This document shows positions 36,411-48,242 of a stretch of DNA of 64,000 nt, in pieces. Positions within the stretch are counted from its first letter, which is position 1; each line of letters starts with the position of its first letter. Made by a program: the position numbers and the translations under genes. The notes beneath the pieces were generated by a model. The model saw nothing but the letters and a program-made list of their open reading frames with translations. It did not search any database and had not been told where the DNA came from. The DNA comes from Emiliania huxleyi CCMP1516 (taxonomy: Eukaryota), in contig NW_005201287.1 of the NCBI RefSeq assembly GCF_000372725.1, positions 124,001 through 188,000 on the forward strand, in the 5' to 3' direction.

Positions 36411-37834
36411 GGCCGGTGGTGGACCTTCTGTCGCGGCGTGGCGCTGAGCTCAACCTGCAGAACAGCAACGGCGGCACCGCGCTGATGGCCGCCGCCGACA
36501 AAGGCCACGAGCGGGTGGTCGAGTTGCTGCTTCTGCACGGCGCGGGGATCGACATGCAGAGCAGCAAAGCCGGCACCGCGCTGAATGTTGCCGCCACTAA
36601 CGGCCACGAGCGGGTGGTCGAGCTGCTGCTGAAGCGCGGCGCAGAGATCGACTTTCAGAATAGCAACGGCGACACCGCGCTGATGGACGCCGCCAGCCGA
36701 GGCCACGAGCGGGTGGTCGACCTGCTGCTGCAGCGCGGCGCGGGGATCGACCTGCAGAGCAGTGAGGGCTGGACCGCGCTGATAGTCGGTGCCGGCTCGA
36801 ATAAACCCGCTGTCGTTCACCGCCTGCTGCGAGCGGGATCAGACACAACGTTGCGCGACGAGGACGGCAAGACGGCGCTGATGCACGCAAAGGATGAGGG
36901 CCACATCGAGTGCGCGCGCGCTATCGAGGAGCACGTGGGCGAGAGGAAGAAGGGGACGGGCGCGCTCGCTTCCTCCGTGACGTGGAGCTTTCTCCTCGTC
37001 CTGTGCTCTCCGGGCGGGTTTTGCGTGACGTGGGGCGTAGTCGGCAGCGCGTTGCTGCTTCTCCCGCCCTACCGGAGCCGCCAGCACGCCCCGGCACGAC
37101 GGCGGGGGCGAAGGCGAACACTGGAGGGTACGCAGCGGTTCGTTCGGCCGCACCGGTTGATGCTTCACTCCTTGTGGGCGTGGGCGACTTCTTGGCGACG
37201 CGGGACGCGGGAGCCGGAGCAAGGCCAACGGCAGCGGCCAGGGCGACAAGGACGGCCAGAGAAGCCGGTGGCGTGGCACATTGCGGAGCCTCGTCGGCGG
37301 CGGGTCGCTAGAGCGGCGCGGCCATCTTGGGAGGCGGCGGCTGCGCAGCAGGCGGTGAGCGCAGAGCGAGAGGAGCAGCGTGCGAGGGCGGAGACGGCAA
37401 GGGCGGAGAAGGCGAGGGAGCCGCGCGAGCAGGAGCGGCGGGCAGCGGCAGCGGCAGCGGCAGCAGCAGAGGCAAAGGCAGTGGCAGCGGCAGCAGCAGA
37501 GGAAGAGGCGGCAGCAGAGGAAGAGGCAGAGGTAGCGGAGGAGCGCGCGAGGGAGGAGGGCGAGGGGGAGGGCGAGGAGGACGTCGCACCCCTCGCGGCC
37601 GTGCCTCTGTCGGAGGCCAACTTTGATACTGGCCGCCCGGCCGTGCCTGAGTCGACCCTCGGCGGCGAGTCAACATGCATAATTTGCTTCACCCGGCCAA
37701 AGTCGCACGCCGCGGTGCCTTGCGGGCACCGCTGCGCTTGCGCCGACTGCTCCGCCAAGATCATGGAGCGTGACGGTCGGTGCCCGTACTGTCGCGAGGA
37801 GGTGATGATGTGGATGATTCCACGTGAGGTCTGA
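36410..37834 (+). pseudogene. Ankyrin-repeat plus C3HC4 RING protein, 5' end replaced by LINE sequence
   Basis: Five ankyrin repeats (GxTALM.AA..GHERVVELLL..GA). C-terminal CIICFTRPKSHAAVPCGHRCACADC...CPYCR. Confidence 0.75.
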
Positions 37835-38676
37835 ACTCTGATTTGCGGGGTTTCCATTGGTGGTATTTCCTAAAGAATTACTTAAAGTCACGTCTCTCAG
37901 TCTCACCTGTGAGACCTGATAGGTGATAGCCCAGTCCCCCAGAGTGCTCCCCACCGCGCGCGACCCACCAGCTGCTCAGCGCCTCAGCCCTCGAGGCTCA
38001 GCCGCGACGGGCACTTGCCCACGAGCCAGAGGCTCAGCAACCTGCCCCTGTTGCTCGGCAGCAGCAGGCTGTTGTTGTTCACGGGCCACCACAGCCTCTT
38101 CGCGTAGCACGGAAAAAAGGTTTCTCATTTATGGTTTACACCCTGAATTCTTTGTGTGCGCGCCACAGTCCCGTGCCCAGTAAAAGAAAGAAAGAAACAA
38201 ACCGAACAGACAACCCAGGGAGGGATGGGAGGACGGCACGCCGCCACCACACACTCACACACACACCACACAGGGATTTTAAGGAGAGGAGTGTCCAGTG
38301 CTGTCGGATTCCTCAATTCTTTTGACCGGAGGCGGCGCGGGCGGCAGGCGCATGCGGGTGAGGGTTGGGCGGGGGGCGGACCCGAGAGCGGCTCAAGGGT
38401 TTGTCCGGTCCGGTGGGCGGGGTGGGGCGGGGCGGAGCCGGGTGGATCGGTCGGGTCGGGTCGGGCTGGGGCGGGGTTGCTCGGGTCGGGGTGGGGCGGG
38501 GTTGTGGGGGGTGGGGATGTCGGGGTGGGGTGGGGTGGGCGCCGGAGTGGGAGTGGTGTGACTGCTCCTGTGGCGACGCTTCGCCCCGGCTTGCCCTCGT
38601 GAATCGTGTGTCTCTCCGCCCGCCTGGCTTGGAGAAGTCTGCCGCCGCGCCGGTCGCGCTGCTTCTTGCGCCTCCC

Positions 38677-41600
38677 ATGCGTGCGCATTGCGTTCTGCTG
38701 AGTCTAACCGTCGTGGCGATCGACGCGGCGGCCGTGCCCCCAGAGCCCCTGCAGCGCAGGGCGCTGCGTGGCGGCGGCGGCGGCGGCCGGAGAAACCGCA
38801 ACAAAGGTTTGGGTGGTGAGGCACAGGCGTCCGAGAGCGGCGACGCGGTGGCGGTGCCAGCGCAGGCGGTGGCGGTGGCGGCACCTGTTGGCTCGTCGGC
38901 GCCTGCTGCTCTCGCCGTACCCGTCCAGGCTGTCGCAGTGGCGGCTCCCGCGACTGCGACGGCGGTGCAGGCGGTGGCCGTGGCCGTGGCTGCCGAGCCG
39001 GTGGCCGTCACGCCAGCCGCGGCAATGCCAGCCGCGGCTGTGGCCGCGCCGCTCGCTGCGCCTGTTGCTGTCGCTACGCCAGAGGCTGTGGCGCCCCCGT
39101 ACGCAGTGGCGGCCCCACAGGCAGTCGCGCCGCCAGAGGCGGTGGCCGCGCCGGTCGCGGTGGAGCCCCCGGTGGCGGTGGCGCCGCCCGAGGCGGTCGC
39201 TGCCCCGGTGGCCGTCGAGCCCCCTGAGGCGGTCGAGCCGCCCGTCGCCGTGGCGCCGCCCGAGGCGGTGCAGGCGCCGGTGGCGGTGGCGGCGCCTGTG
39301 GCGGTGCAGGCGCCGGTGGCGGTCGCGCCACCCGAGGCCGTCGCACCACCCGAGGCCGTCGCACCGCCCGAAGCCGTCGCGGCGCCGGCGGCCGCCGTGC
39401 CCGTGGCGGTGCCTGCGGCGGTGCTGCCAGCAGAGGCTGCCGCTGCGTCGGCTGCAGGGAGCGAGGGCAGCGGCCGGGCGCACCGGGGGAAGGAGAAGGC
39501 CGCGGCGAGGGCTGCCGAGCGCGAGCGTGCGGCGGCGGCGGAGAAGTCCGAGGCGGAGAGGGCGGCGGCGGAGAAGGAGGCGGCCAAAGCAGCGAGGGAC
39601 AAGGCGGCGGCGGACCAAGCGGGGGAGAGGGCGGCTGCGGAGAGGGCGAAGGCACAACTCGCGGCGCAGAGGGCGGCAGAGGCGGAGAAGGCTGCAACGG
39701 CAGAGAGGGCGGCAGCGGCAGCGGGGAAGGCGGCGGCGGCGGAGGCAGCGGGGGCAGCGGGGGCAGCGGAGAAGGCGGCGGCGGCGGCGGCGGCGGCGGA
39801 CGAGGATGACAGACCGAGGAAGAAGCGGCGCTGGAAGGAGCGTGGCGGGGAGGGCGGCGGCGGCGGCGCGGGCAGCGCCTCGCCCTTTGCGCTCCTCCCG
39901 TATGTGGCGTTTGGCGGCCTGCTCCTCGGCCTAGCGCCCGCCCTGCTGATGCGGCTCCGCGCACGCAAGGCGGCGGCGGAGGAGGGCGCGGCAACGGCGG
40001 GCGAGGGCGGGCGCGAGTCGGCTCGCATTCGCTCTTTTAGCGACGCGGTGCGGCTCGTCCGCTGCTATCTGCCCGCCGTGAGCTACAAGACAGTCAAGGA
40101 GAGCGACGACTCGCCGTCCGACTCGCCGCTGAAGCGGCGCTGCTGCCCGTGCCTCGGCGGCGAGAAGGGCGAGTCGCCTCTCTCCGCTCGAGACTCGCTC
40201 TGGGCGGTGCGCCTCCGCCCGCCACTTTCCCACGATGCAATGGCGCTACTCTCCGGCAGAATCTGCCGCCAGCGCTTGCATCGCCACCACAGTCCCTGCA
40301 GTCAGTCCTGCTGCGCACTGCGCCGAGCCGTGGGCGGAGTGGCGCAGCTGGACAAGCGCGGGGGGTGCTCAGAGGGCCTCCTTCCCTCCCTCCGCCTTCC
40401 CCACCTTCAGGTGCGGGGAGGCGATGGCTTCGCGCCAATGCAGAGCGCGTCGCTCGGCTTTTCGGTCCGGTTTGACGAGGAGGAGGCGCAATCTCACCAC
40501 TGCCCGCTGCCCGCTGCCACTCGTGTGCACACCTACTCGCAACTGCTAAAGCACACCGCCGCACACCACTGCTCGCCCCCTCGCAGGGCGGCTCCACAAA
40601 CGGCGAGTCAGCCTCAGTGAACGGCGACTCCGCCAAGGGCTCCACCCTCACCGACGACGACATGCTCTACGACGTCGAGGGCGCCGCCGCCGCCGCCGCC
40701 GCAAAGTACGCCGCCCCCATCGCGCCGCTGCCGCAGCTCGAGTCCAAGGCGGCGAGGGAGGCGCCGCGGCTCCCGGCGCCGGCGGCGGGGGCGGCGCAGC
40801 TGCCTGGCGTCGTCTCGGTCATGCCCGCCTCGCCCGACAAGGCGAGCCCGCCGGACGACGGCGGCTTCGGCGCCTTTGGCGACGCGGAGTTCGACGAGTT
40901 CGGCGGCGAGTGGGGCGGCTTTGACGACGTCGGCACGCTCGCGCCCGCTCCGGAGCAGCTGCCCGCGCAGCTGTCCGGCCGCTCGGAGCCATCGGGCCGG
41001 TCCGAGGGGGACGGCGGCGAGGCGGTGGCCAGGCTCGGCCTCGAGTTCGCGGCGGCGGCGCGCGCGCGGGCCGCCTTCGACGCAGCCTTCCGGCGCGACG
41101 CGGCCGCCTCGCTGCTGGTGGCCGAGGCGGCAGTGTCGGTGCGGCTCTGCACGGCGCCTGTGCGGCGCGCTGGTGCCCGCCTTCACCTCTTCACAGCCGC
41201 GCGACTGTGAACAGGTTGTCTCTGTCGAGGCCGGATCGACCGTCGTCCGCTTCCGCGTGGCGGGCGTGGCCGACGTCGCGGCGGCCCTCGGCGGCGGACG
41301 CTTCTCCACCGCCGCGCTGACGCAGTTCAACAGAGGGACGCCGGTGGCTGTCCTGGAGATGCGTGCGGCGGAGCCGGCCGGCGAAGCGGCGAGCGACGCT
41401 GCTGCCGGCGCGCCGAGCGCAGCCGACGACTGGGGCGGAGGCGAGTGGGCGGCCGCCGGCGAGTCGGAGTTCAGCGACTTTGGAGACTTTGGCGGCGAGG
41501 CGGCGGCCGGCGCCGGGTTTGGTGACTTCTCCGCGCCTGAGCCGGCGGCAGAGCCGCAGCCGCAGTTTCAACGCGCGGCCTCGCCGCCGCCGCCGCCGCC

Positions 41601-43772
41601 GCTCGCCGAGGGTGCGGGCCACAGCGCCGAGCGTGGCGCTTCGGCCGAGTTTGGCGATTTTGGCGACTTCGACGACTTCGACGGCGGCAGCGGTGGCGCT
41701 CAACCCGCGGCGCCCGGGTGGGCCTGCGGCCGCCGGTGAGACGGGGTTGCGCCTCCCCCCTGTAGGAGAGCTGCCCACTGCCGCGGCCGCGGCTGTTGCT
41801 GGCGGCGGAGCAGCGTCCGTCCGCACAGAGGCGAGGCTCGAGGACGAGTTCGCCTTCGACGCGGGCTTCGACGGCGAGAGCGGGCTCGACACCGCAGGGG
41901 CCGGAGGGGAGGAGGCAGCGGCGGCGGGGGCAGCGAGGGAGGTGGAGGCGCAGGCGGAGGCCGAGGCGGCGCAGAAGGCGGCCGAGGCGGCGCAGAAGGC
42001 GGCCGAGGCGGCCGAGGCGGCCGAGGCGGCGGCAGTGGCCGAGGCAGCAGCAGCAGCAGCGAGGGAGGCGGAGGCGGCCGAGGAGGCTGCCAAGGCGGAG
42101 GCGGAGGCGAAGGCGAAGGCCCTGCAAGAGGGAGCGGCGGCGAGACGAGCCGCCGCGTTTGCGAGGGCGCAGGCAGAGGCGGCGGCGGCGAAGGCGGCGG
42201 CAGCGGAGAAGGCGGCGGCGGAGAAGGCAGAGGCGGAGAGGCTGGCGGCCGAGAAGGCGGCAGCGGAGGAGGCGGCGGCCCAAGATAGTCTGAGTGAGGC
42301 GGGTAGTGAGGACGACTTTGCCGCGTTCGACGCGCCGCTGTCGCTGCCCGCCGATCCCACGCCGGCCTCTGCAGCCGACGCTCCCGGCAGCGAGCCGCCC
42401 CTCTCCTCCTCGCTGGACGCGTCCTCGACCGCCGCCTCCACGCTCGCCGCGTCCGACCTGTCGGCCTCGGCCCTCACCGCCACCGGCCCCGCCCTCGCCG
42501 CATTCGACGACGACGACGACGAGGACGACGACGATTCGCCGCCACTCGCACGCGGAGTCTTTGGCGAGATGATTGCCCGAGATTGCCCGAGATCACCCGA
42601 GATCACCCGTGATCACCCGAGATCACCCGAGACACTCGCACGCGGACTCTCTGGTGCGCGAGCGACCCCGCCCCCCACCCCCACCCCAACCCCCATCCCC
42701 ACATCCCCACCCCACCCACCCTCACCCCCACCCTCAACCCAGCTTGCGCCAGCTGGCACCAGCGCGTGTTACAATTGCGGCAGGCGACCCCCCGAGCTCC
42801 TCGACCCTCGACCCGCCCGCCGCGCCGCCCGCCGCGCCGCCCGCTGAGCCGCCCGCTGAGCCGCCCGGCGAGCCGGCGAGCCTCGCCTCCTCCGCCGGCC
42901 CTTCCTGGGCCGAGGCTGCGCCTGTGGGGCCTCCCGCGGGCAGCCCAGGCGGGGGCGACGGGGGCGAGGGCGAGGGCGAGGGCGGGGGGGTGGGTGGCGG
43001 TGGCGGTGGCGGTAGCGAGGGCGGCGGCGGCGGCGGCGCTGCGCGCAGCAGCCCGGTGCGCGGTGTGGATGCCTTGAGGGGCGGCGAGGAGACGTCTCGC
43101 GAGGCGCGCGGCGGCAGAGTGTGCGGGTCTCGGCCAGAGCGCCTCCCGTGAAGCTTCTCGGAACCGTCCTGTAGGAGCTCGCCGCGCTGGAGTGCGACCT
43201 GTCGGACGCGTCGTCGGTGTCTCCAACCCCGCGGCCCGCCCCCCCGCTCCGGCTGCCACCTCCCCTGAAGCTTCCCGGATCCCTCCCGCAGGCCGTCAAC
43301 CTGCAGTCGATCCGATCCCTCTCGGAGATGTCGTCTGCCGTGTCCGTCGGGCCGGCGACCTCCGACTTCACAACCAGTCGAGAGCACACTTCCGACGGCG
43401 GGTCGGGATCGACCAACGGCGAGACGCAACCGAGAGGGGGCTGAGAGGGGGCCGAGAGGGGGCCGAACGGTGGCCGAATCAGAGCTCAAGTCTCCGAGAT
43501 TGGTCGCCGGTATAGCCGTCGCGAGAGCGAGGCACGCCCGCAACATCTTATGCAATCCTGGCATCTACCCCGCCTTGTTTACTGACTATCATTCTTATCC
43601 TTATTATTACTATGCGATAGGCATCTACCCCGCGCCCGGCGAGGCGTCGCCCTCAGCCGTGTCGCCCGCTGCCATCGCCCCCGCCCCTTCCGGCAGGGGA
43701 GATGGCAGCGGAGGCGAGCCGCCCCGAGGCAGCCCCGAGGGGAGCCCTGAGGGGTCCGACCCGGAGTTTTGA
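38677..43772 (+). CDS. Large low-complexity, probably single-pass membrane protein, multi-exon; boundaries uncertain
   Basis: Signal peptide MRAHCVLLSLTVVAIDAAA, AVAPPE repeats, A/E/K coiled coils, TM segment FALLPYVAFGGLLLGLAPALLM, then acidic FGDF repeats in later exons. Confidence 0.55.
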
Positions 43773-44876
43773 GGGCGCGCCCAGAGGGCGCGAGGAGGCG
43801 GCGGCGGCGGGGGGGGGGGGGGGGGAGGCGTCGTTGGGCGCCGGACCTGTGTGGGTTGAGTCTGCAGACGCCGCGAGTGGGGCGGCGACCGCCGTGGGCT
43901 GCGCGGGAGCCCCGGGTGCGCCGACCTCTCGCATTGTGCCATGTGGCATGATAGAGAGAGAGTGACGAGGGAGGAGAGAGGCGCGTGACGGTAGAGGTGT
44001 GTGATGGATGGCAGAGGGGCCGAAGCGGGAAGACTGCAGCGCGCCCGGCATTGGGGGCCGGCATTGCAAGTCATGAGATTGACGTGTCCCTACCCCCCTC
44101 ACCGGATACGTGTGCTTTTTAAGATCCACCAAACGATAGCACGTAGTGTCGGCCGTACTCAGCGTGCCCCCACGCGCACGGACGCCCCCGCGAGCAGGAC
44201 CAACACGCAGGAGCCAGGACACACGTCAGCCGCTCACCGTCTCGACCGCGCCGCGCGCCGGCGGCCTCGATTGACGATTGGCGGAGGGGCTCGAGACCTC
44301 CGTCGTTCCGTGACTTACCGTGCCAGCGAGGGGCTCCTGGTGCACCGCCCGTCGGTCGCGTTCTTGTATCTCTTGAGCTCTGTGTACCCAGTATCTTCGA
44401 CACTTCGATCTTCGTGGAAAGCGAGCGTGATTTTGCGACTGCACGAAGCGTTGTCCGGGGACGTTCCGGATCGTCAATAGAATAAACAATAACACACAAA
44501 GCGGCCGTCGTACACAGTACATGTCAAGGGAGGGACGCGCTGTGTTGAGGTGGGTGAAAGTGCCGCGCCGCGGGACGAGGGCGGCACAGGCACACACACA
44601 CACACACGTACACGCGTCGTACGACGAAGCATTCATGCTACTAGAGGCCTCTCACAAGAGGCTGGTGCATTGCCATTCATGCTACTAGATAGGAGGCTCG
44701 TCGGCGCGCACGGCAGGTTGACTGGTGGCCGCACCCGGGCTACGTAACTGGCTCGAGGCGGATCTCAAGGGAGCAGCGCGCGCGCGTCGTGTCCGACGCG
44801 TACATGGTGTACCGAGAGGCGGGCCGCGAGCCGACGAAACGTTGAGCAGTGCTGCTCGCGCCGGCTCCCCCGCCCT

Positions 44877-45453
44877 CTACGAGTCACACGGGATGTTTGT
44901 GAAGACCGGATGGTTGTTGTAGCACGATTGCTTGCAGAGGACCAAGTTGTTGGCTGCGCAGATGTCCACAGCCTCCTCGTAGGTGTGTGCCGTGATGTAG
45001 GGCGGCCCATCTGATGCTTGGCTGAAGCCCGAGAAGCAGCCCTCGTCGTTGTTTCCGCCAATCCAGCGTCTGCAGCCAGAGCGCTTGTCCTCCTCCCCAG
45101 GAACGCAGCACTGCACAGCGATCGTCTGTCTATTCCAAGAGGCGGTCTTGACATCCTCGTCTCCAGGCCTCAAGCATGTGACCAAGCCAGAGTTTGCATT
45201 TCCCCTGATGACCTTCACGCCACTCGCCGGGATGCTCATGGCTGAAGGGGAGGGCGGCGGCGAGGGTGGTGGCGGCGCCGGACGGGGCAACTCCACGGAC
45301 ACGGTGAAGCGCGTGGTCTCCGTGTTGCTGAAGTCGCCGCCATCAGCGTACGTGAAGCCCCTCGACACGAGCTTGTAGCTGCCCTGGCCATAGGAGCAGC
45401 AGATGCCATCGCCCCAGGAGTCCGTGACGACCAAGTCGTAGGTGCCGTAGGCG
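44877..45453 (-). pseudogene. C-terminal fragment of a secreted protein (probably the subtilase C-terminus)
   Basis: YDLVVTDSWGDGICCSYGQGSYKL beta-domain of a kind seen C-terminal to secreted proteases, a Pro linker and a Cys-rich domain. No start codon. Confidence 0.55.
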
Positions 45454-45494
45454 AATGTGAATTGGTGTAGGTGGTGCCGGATTCAGTGTAAGAT

Positions 45495-48030
45495 CGGTGG
45501 CGGACGTCGACGGGGACGGGTTGATTGACATCGTGCTCGGCAACCACGACCAAGAGAACCAGATCCTGTTGTTTGGCAGCGCGGACGGGAGGACCTTCTC
45601 CGAGGTCGCCCTCACCGGAGGGAGCAGGTACACTCGCTCCACCTCGGTGGCGGACGTTGACGGGGACGGCTTCATGGACATCGTGCTCGGCAACTCCTAC
45701 TACGAAGAGAACCAGGTCCTCTTTGGCAGCGCGGGCGGGAGGACCTTCTCCGAGGTCGCTCTCCCCGGAGGGAGTGCTATGACTCGCTCCACCTCGGTGG
45801 CGGACGTCGACGGGGACGGGTTCGTGGACGTCGTGGTCGGCAACAACGGCGCAGAGAATCAGGTCCTCTTTGGAAGCGCGGACGGGAGGAACTTCTCCGA
45901 GGTCGCCCTCACCGGAGGGAGCCAGAACACTTTCTCCACCTTGGTGGCGGACGTCGACGGGGACGGGTTCATGGACATCGTGGTCGGCAACTCCGGTGCA
46001 GAGAACCAGGTCCTCTTTGGCAGCGCGGACGGGAGGAACTTCTCCGAGGTCGCCCTGCCTGGAGGGCGCATGGACACCTACTCCACCTCTGTGGCGGACG
46101 TCGACGGGGACGGGTTTATGGACATCGTACTCGGCAACCGCGACCAAGAGAACCAGGTCCTCTTTGGCAACGCGGACGGGAGGACCTTCTCCGAGGTCGC
46201 CCTCACCGGAGGGAGCATGGACACCTACTCCACCTCGGTGGCGGACGTCGACGGGGACGGGTTTATGGACATCGTGGTCGGCAACTCCGGTGCAGAGAAC
46301 CAGGTCCTCTTTGGGAGCGCGGGCGGGAGGACCTTCTCCGAGGTCGCCCTCACCGGAGGGAGCAGGGGCACTCTCTACACTTCGGTGGCGGACGTCGACG
46401 GTGACGGGTTCATGGACATCGTGGTCGGAAACTCTGGCGCAGAGAACCATGTCCTCTTTGGGAGCGCGGACGGGAGGAACTTCTCCGAGGTCGCCCTCAC
46501 TGGAGGGAGCAGGTGGACGTACTCCACCTCGGTGGCGGACGTCGACGGTGACGGGTTCGTGGACATCGTGGTCGGCAACTCCGGTGCAGAGAACCAAATC
46601 CTCTTTGGGCGCGTCTGCTCAAACGGAGGTGCACAGCTCCACGGCAAGAGTTGGTGCTTCAAGTGCCCTTCCTTCATGGGACTCGCGGGCACCTCCTGCG
46701 TTGAGTGCCTCCCCGACTTTCTGCAGCAGCCCGGTGTCGGAGAGCTCTGCGCGACAGACCCTTGCCCCCTCGGCGAGCGCCCGCTCGGAAGCGACGAATG
46801 CGCCCCTTGCAAAGACAGGCCGGGCGTCTTTTACAACACCAGCGTCGCAGAGACACGGACTGATGGCGACCCTACCACCTGGACCCAGCCCAGCTGCGTC
46901 GAGTGCCCCCCGGGCAGCTCTGCTGACGGTGTTGCCATTGACGAGTGCTTTGCTTGCCCTGCGGGTGAGTACCAGAATCTCACCGGCCAGGCGGCGTGCT
47001 TTGTTTGCCCCGCTGGTCAGTTCCAGCCAGAGCGTGGACAGACGTCATGCGACTTGTGTGACGCAGGTGGATACTGCGATGATGCGGTAACGTGCGGCGG
47101 TGGCTTCACGCCATGCCGAGCGGGAACGTACAACGTTCTCCAGGGCGGAAGCTCATCCGACGACTGTCAGCAGTGCCCCCCCGGAGCCTCTAGCCCGACC
47201 ACCGGCGCAAACAGCAGCGAGACGTGCGCGAGCTGTCGGGCTGGAACATACGGCGACACCTCCGGTCTGAGTGAGTGCACGGACTGCCCTGCGGGCAGTT
47301 ACCAGAACGACACGGGCGCGACCTCCTGCCGCGAGTGCGAGCAGGGCCACTACTGCGCCAAGGGCGCGGCGGCGCCGCTGCCGTGCAAGGCGGGCACGTT
47401 CTCCACCGCCACGGACCTCTCCGACGCGAGCGAGTGCACCGACGCCTCACCGGGCTACTTCGCCACCACCGGCTCCACCGAGCAGACGCCGTGTCGAGAG
47501 GGCAGCTTTGCCAGCGGCACTCGCAACGACGCGTGCGAGCTATGCGCCGAGGGCTACTTCCAGGACCAGCCCGCCACCGCCGTCTGCGTCCGCTGCGCTG
47601 CTGGCAAGTTCTGCCCTCAGGGCTCGTCGCGAGAGCTGGACGCGCAGTGCTCACCGGGCACGTACGTCAGGCTGACCGACCAGGACGGCGACCCCGAGTG
47701 CCTCGACTGCCCCGCCGGATCGTCGTGCGGCGGCGGGGCGGCGCCGCCCTCCGAGTGCTCGCCGGGCTCTTTCGCCGCCACCACCGGCCTCTCCGAGTGC
47801 GCCAGCTGTGCGGGCGGGTCGTACCAGAGCAAGTCGAATGCGACGAGCTGCCGGCCGTGCTTGGAGGGCGGCTACTGCGCCGAGGGCGCGTCGAGGCCGC
47901 TGCCGTGCGAGGGCGGTTCCTACTCGAACGCCACGGACCTGTCGGCCGCCTCGCAGTGCACGCCCGCCGATCCGGGCTACATCGCCGCCCGAGGCTCCAC
48001 CGAGCAGACGGCGTGCGGCGAGGGCAGCTT
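45495..48030 (+). pseudogene. FG-GAP/VCBS repeat plus Cys-rich GCC2/GCC3 (TNFR-like) repeat gene fragment
   Basis: Nine to ten ~120-bp units (ADVDGDGFMDIVVGN), then C..CP.G.YQ...GQT.C repeats. It starts mid-repeat and ends abruptly. Confidence 0.8.
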
Positions 48031-48242
48031 AGACCCGGTCGCCCCACACCAGCAGCCTATGACACCATAGTTCGGCAAAACTCCACGCGCGAAATGGTGC
48101 GCAGCTAGAGAAAGTGGTCCAACTTGGGCAAGGCTCTAGTCGCCGCTGCCCATCGCGGAGCCCGAACCCTCGTCTCAGAGCCGATACTGCGACTCGTCGC
48201 TCGGAAGGGGACCGGTCTAGGCCCGAGTAGGTGCTATCAGTG

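Noticed and set aside
38313..40028. Long antisense and alternative-frame ORFs throughout the window
   Set aside because: Shadow ORFs expected from very high GC content and stop-codon scarcity.
45495..46610. 120-bp repeats with variable segments resembling repeat-spacer arrays
   Set aside because: They are in-frame FG-GAP protein repeats.
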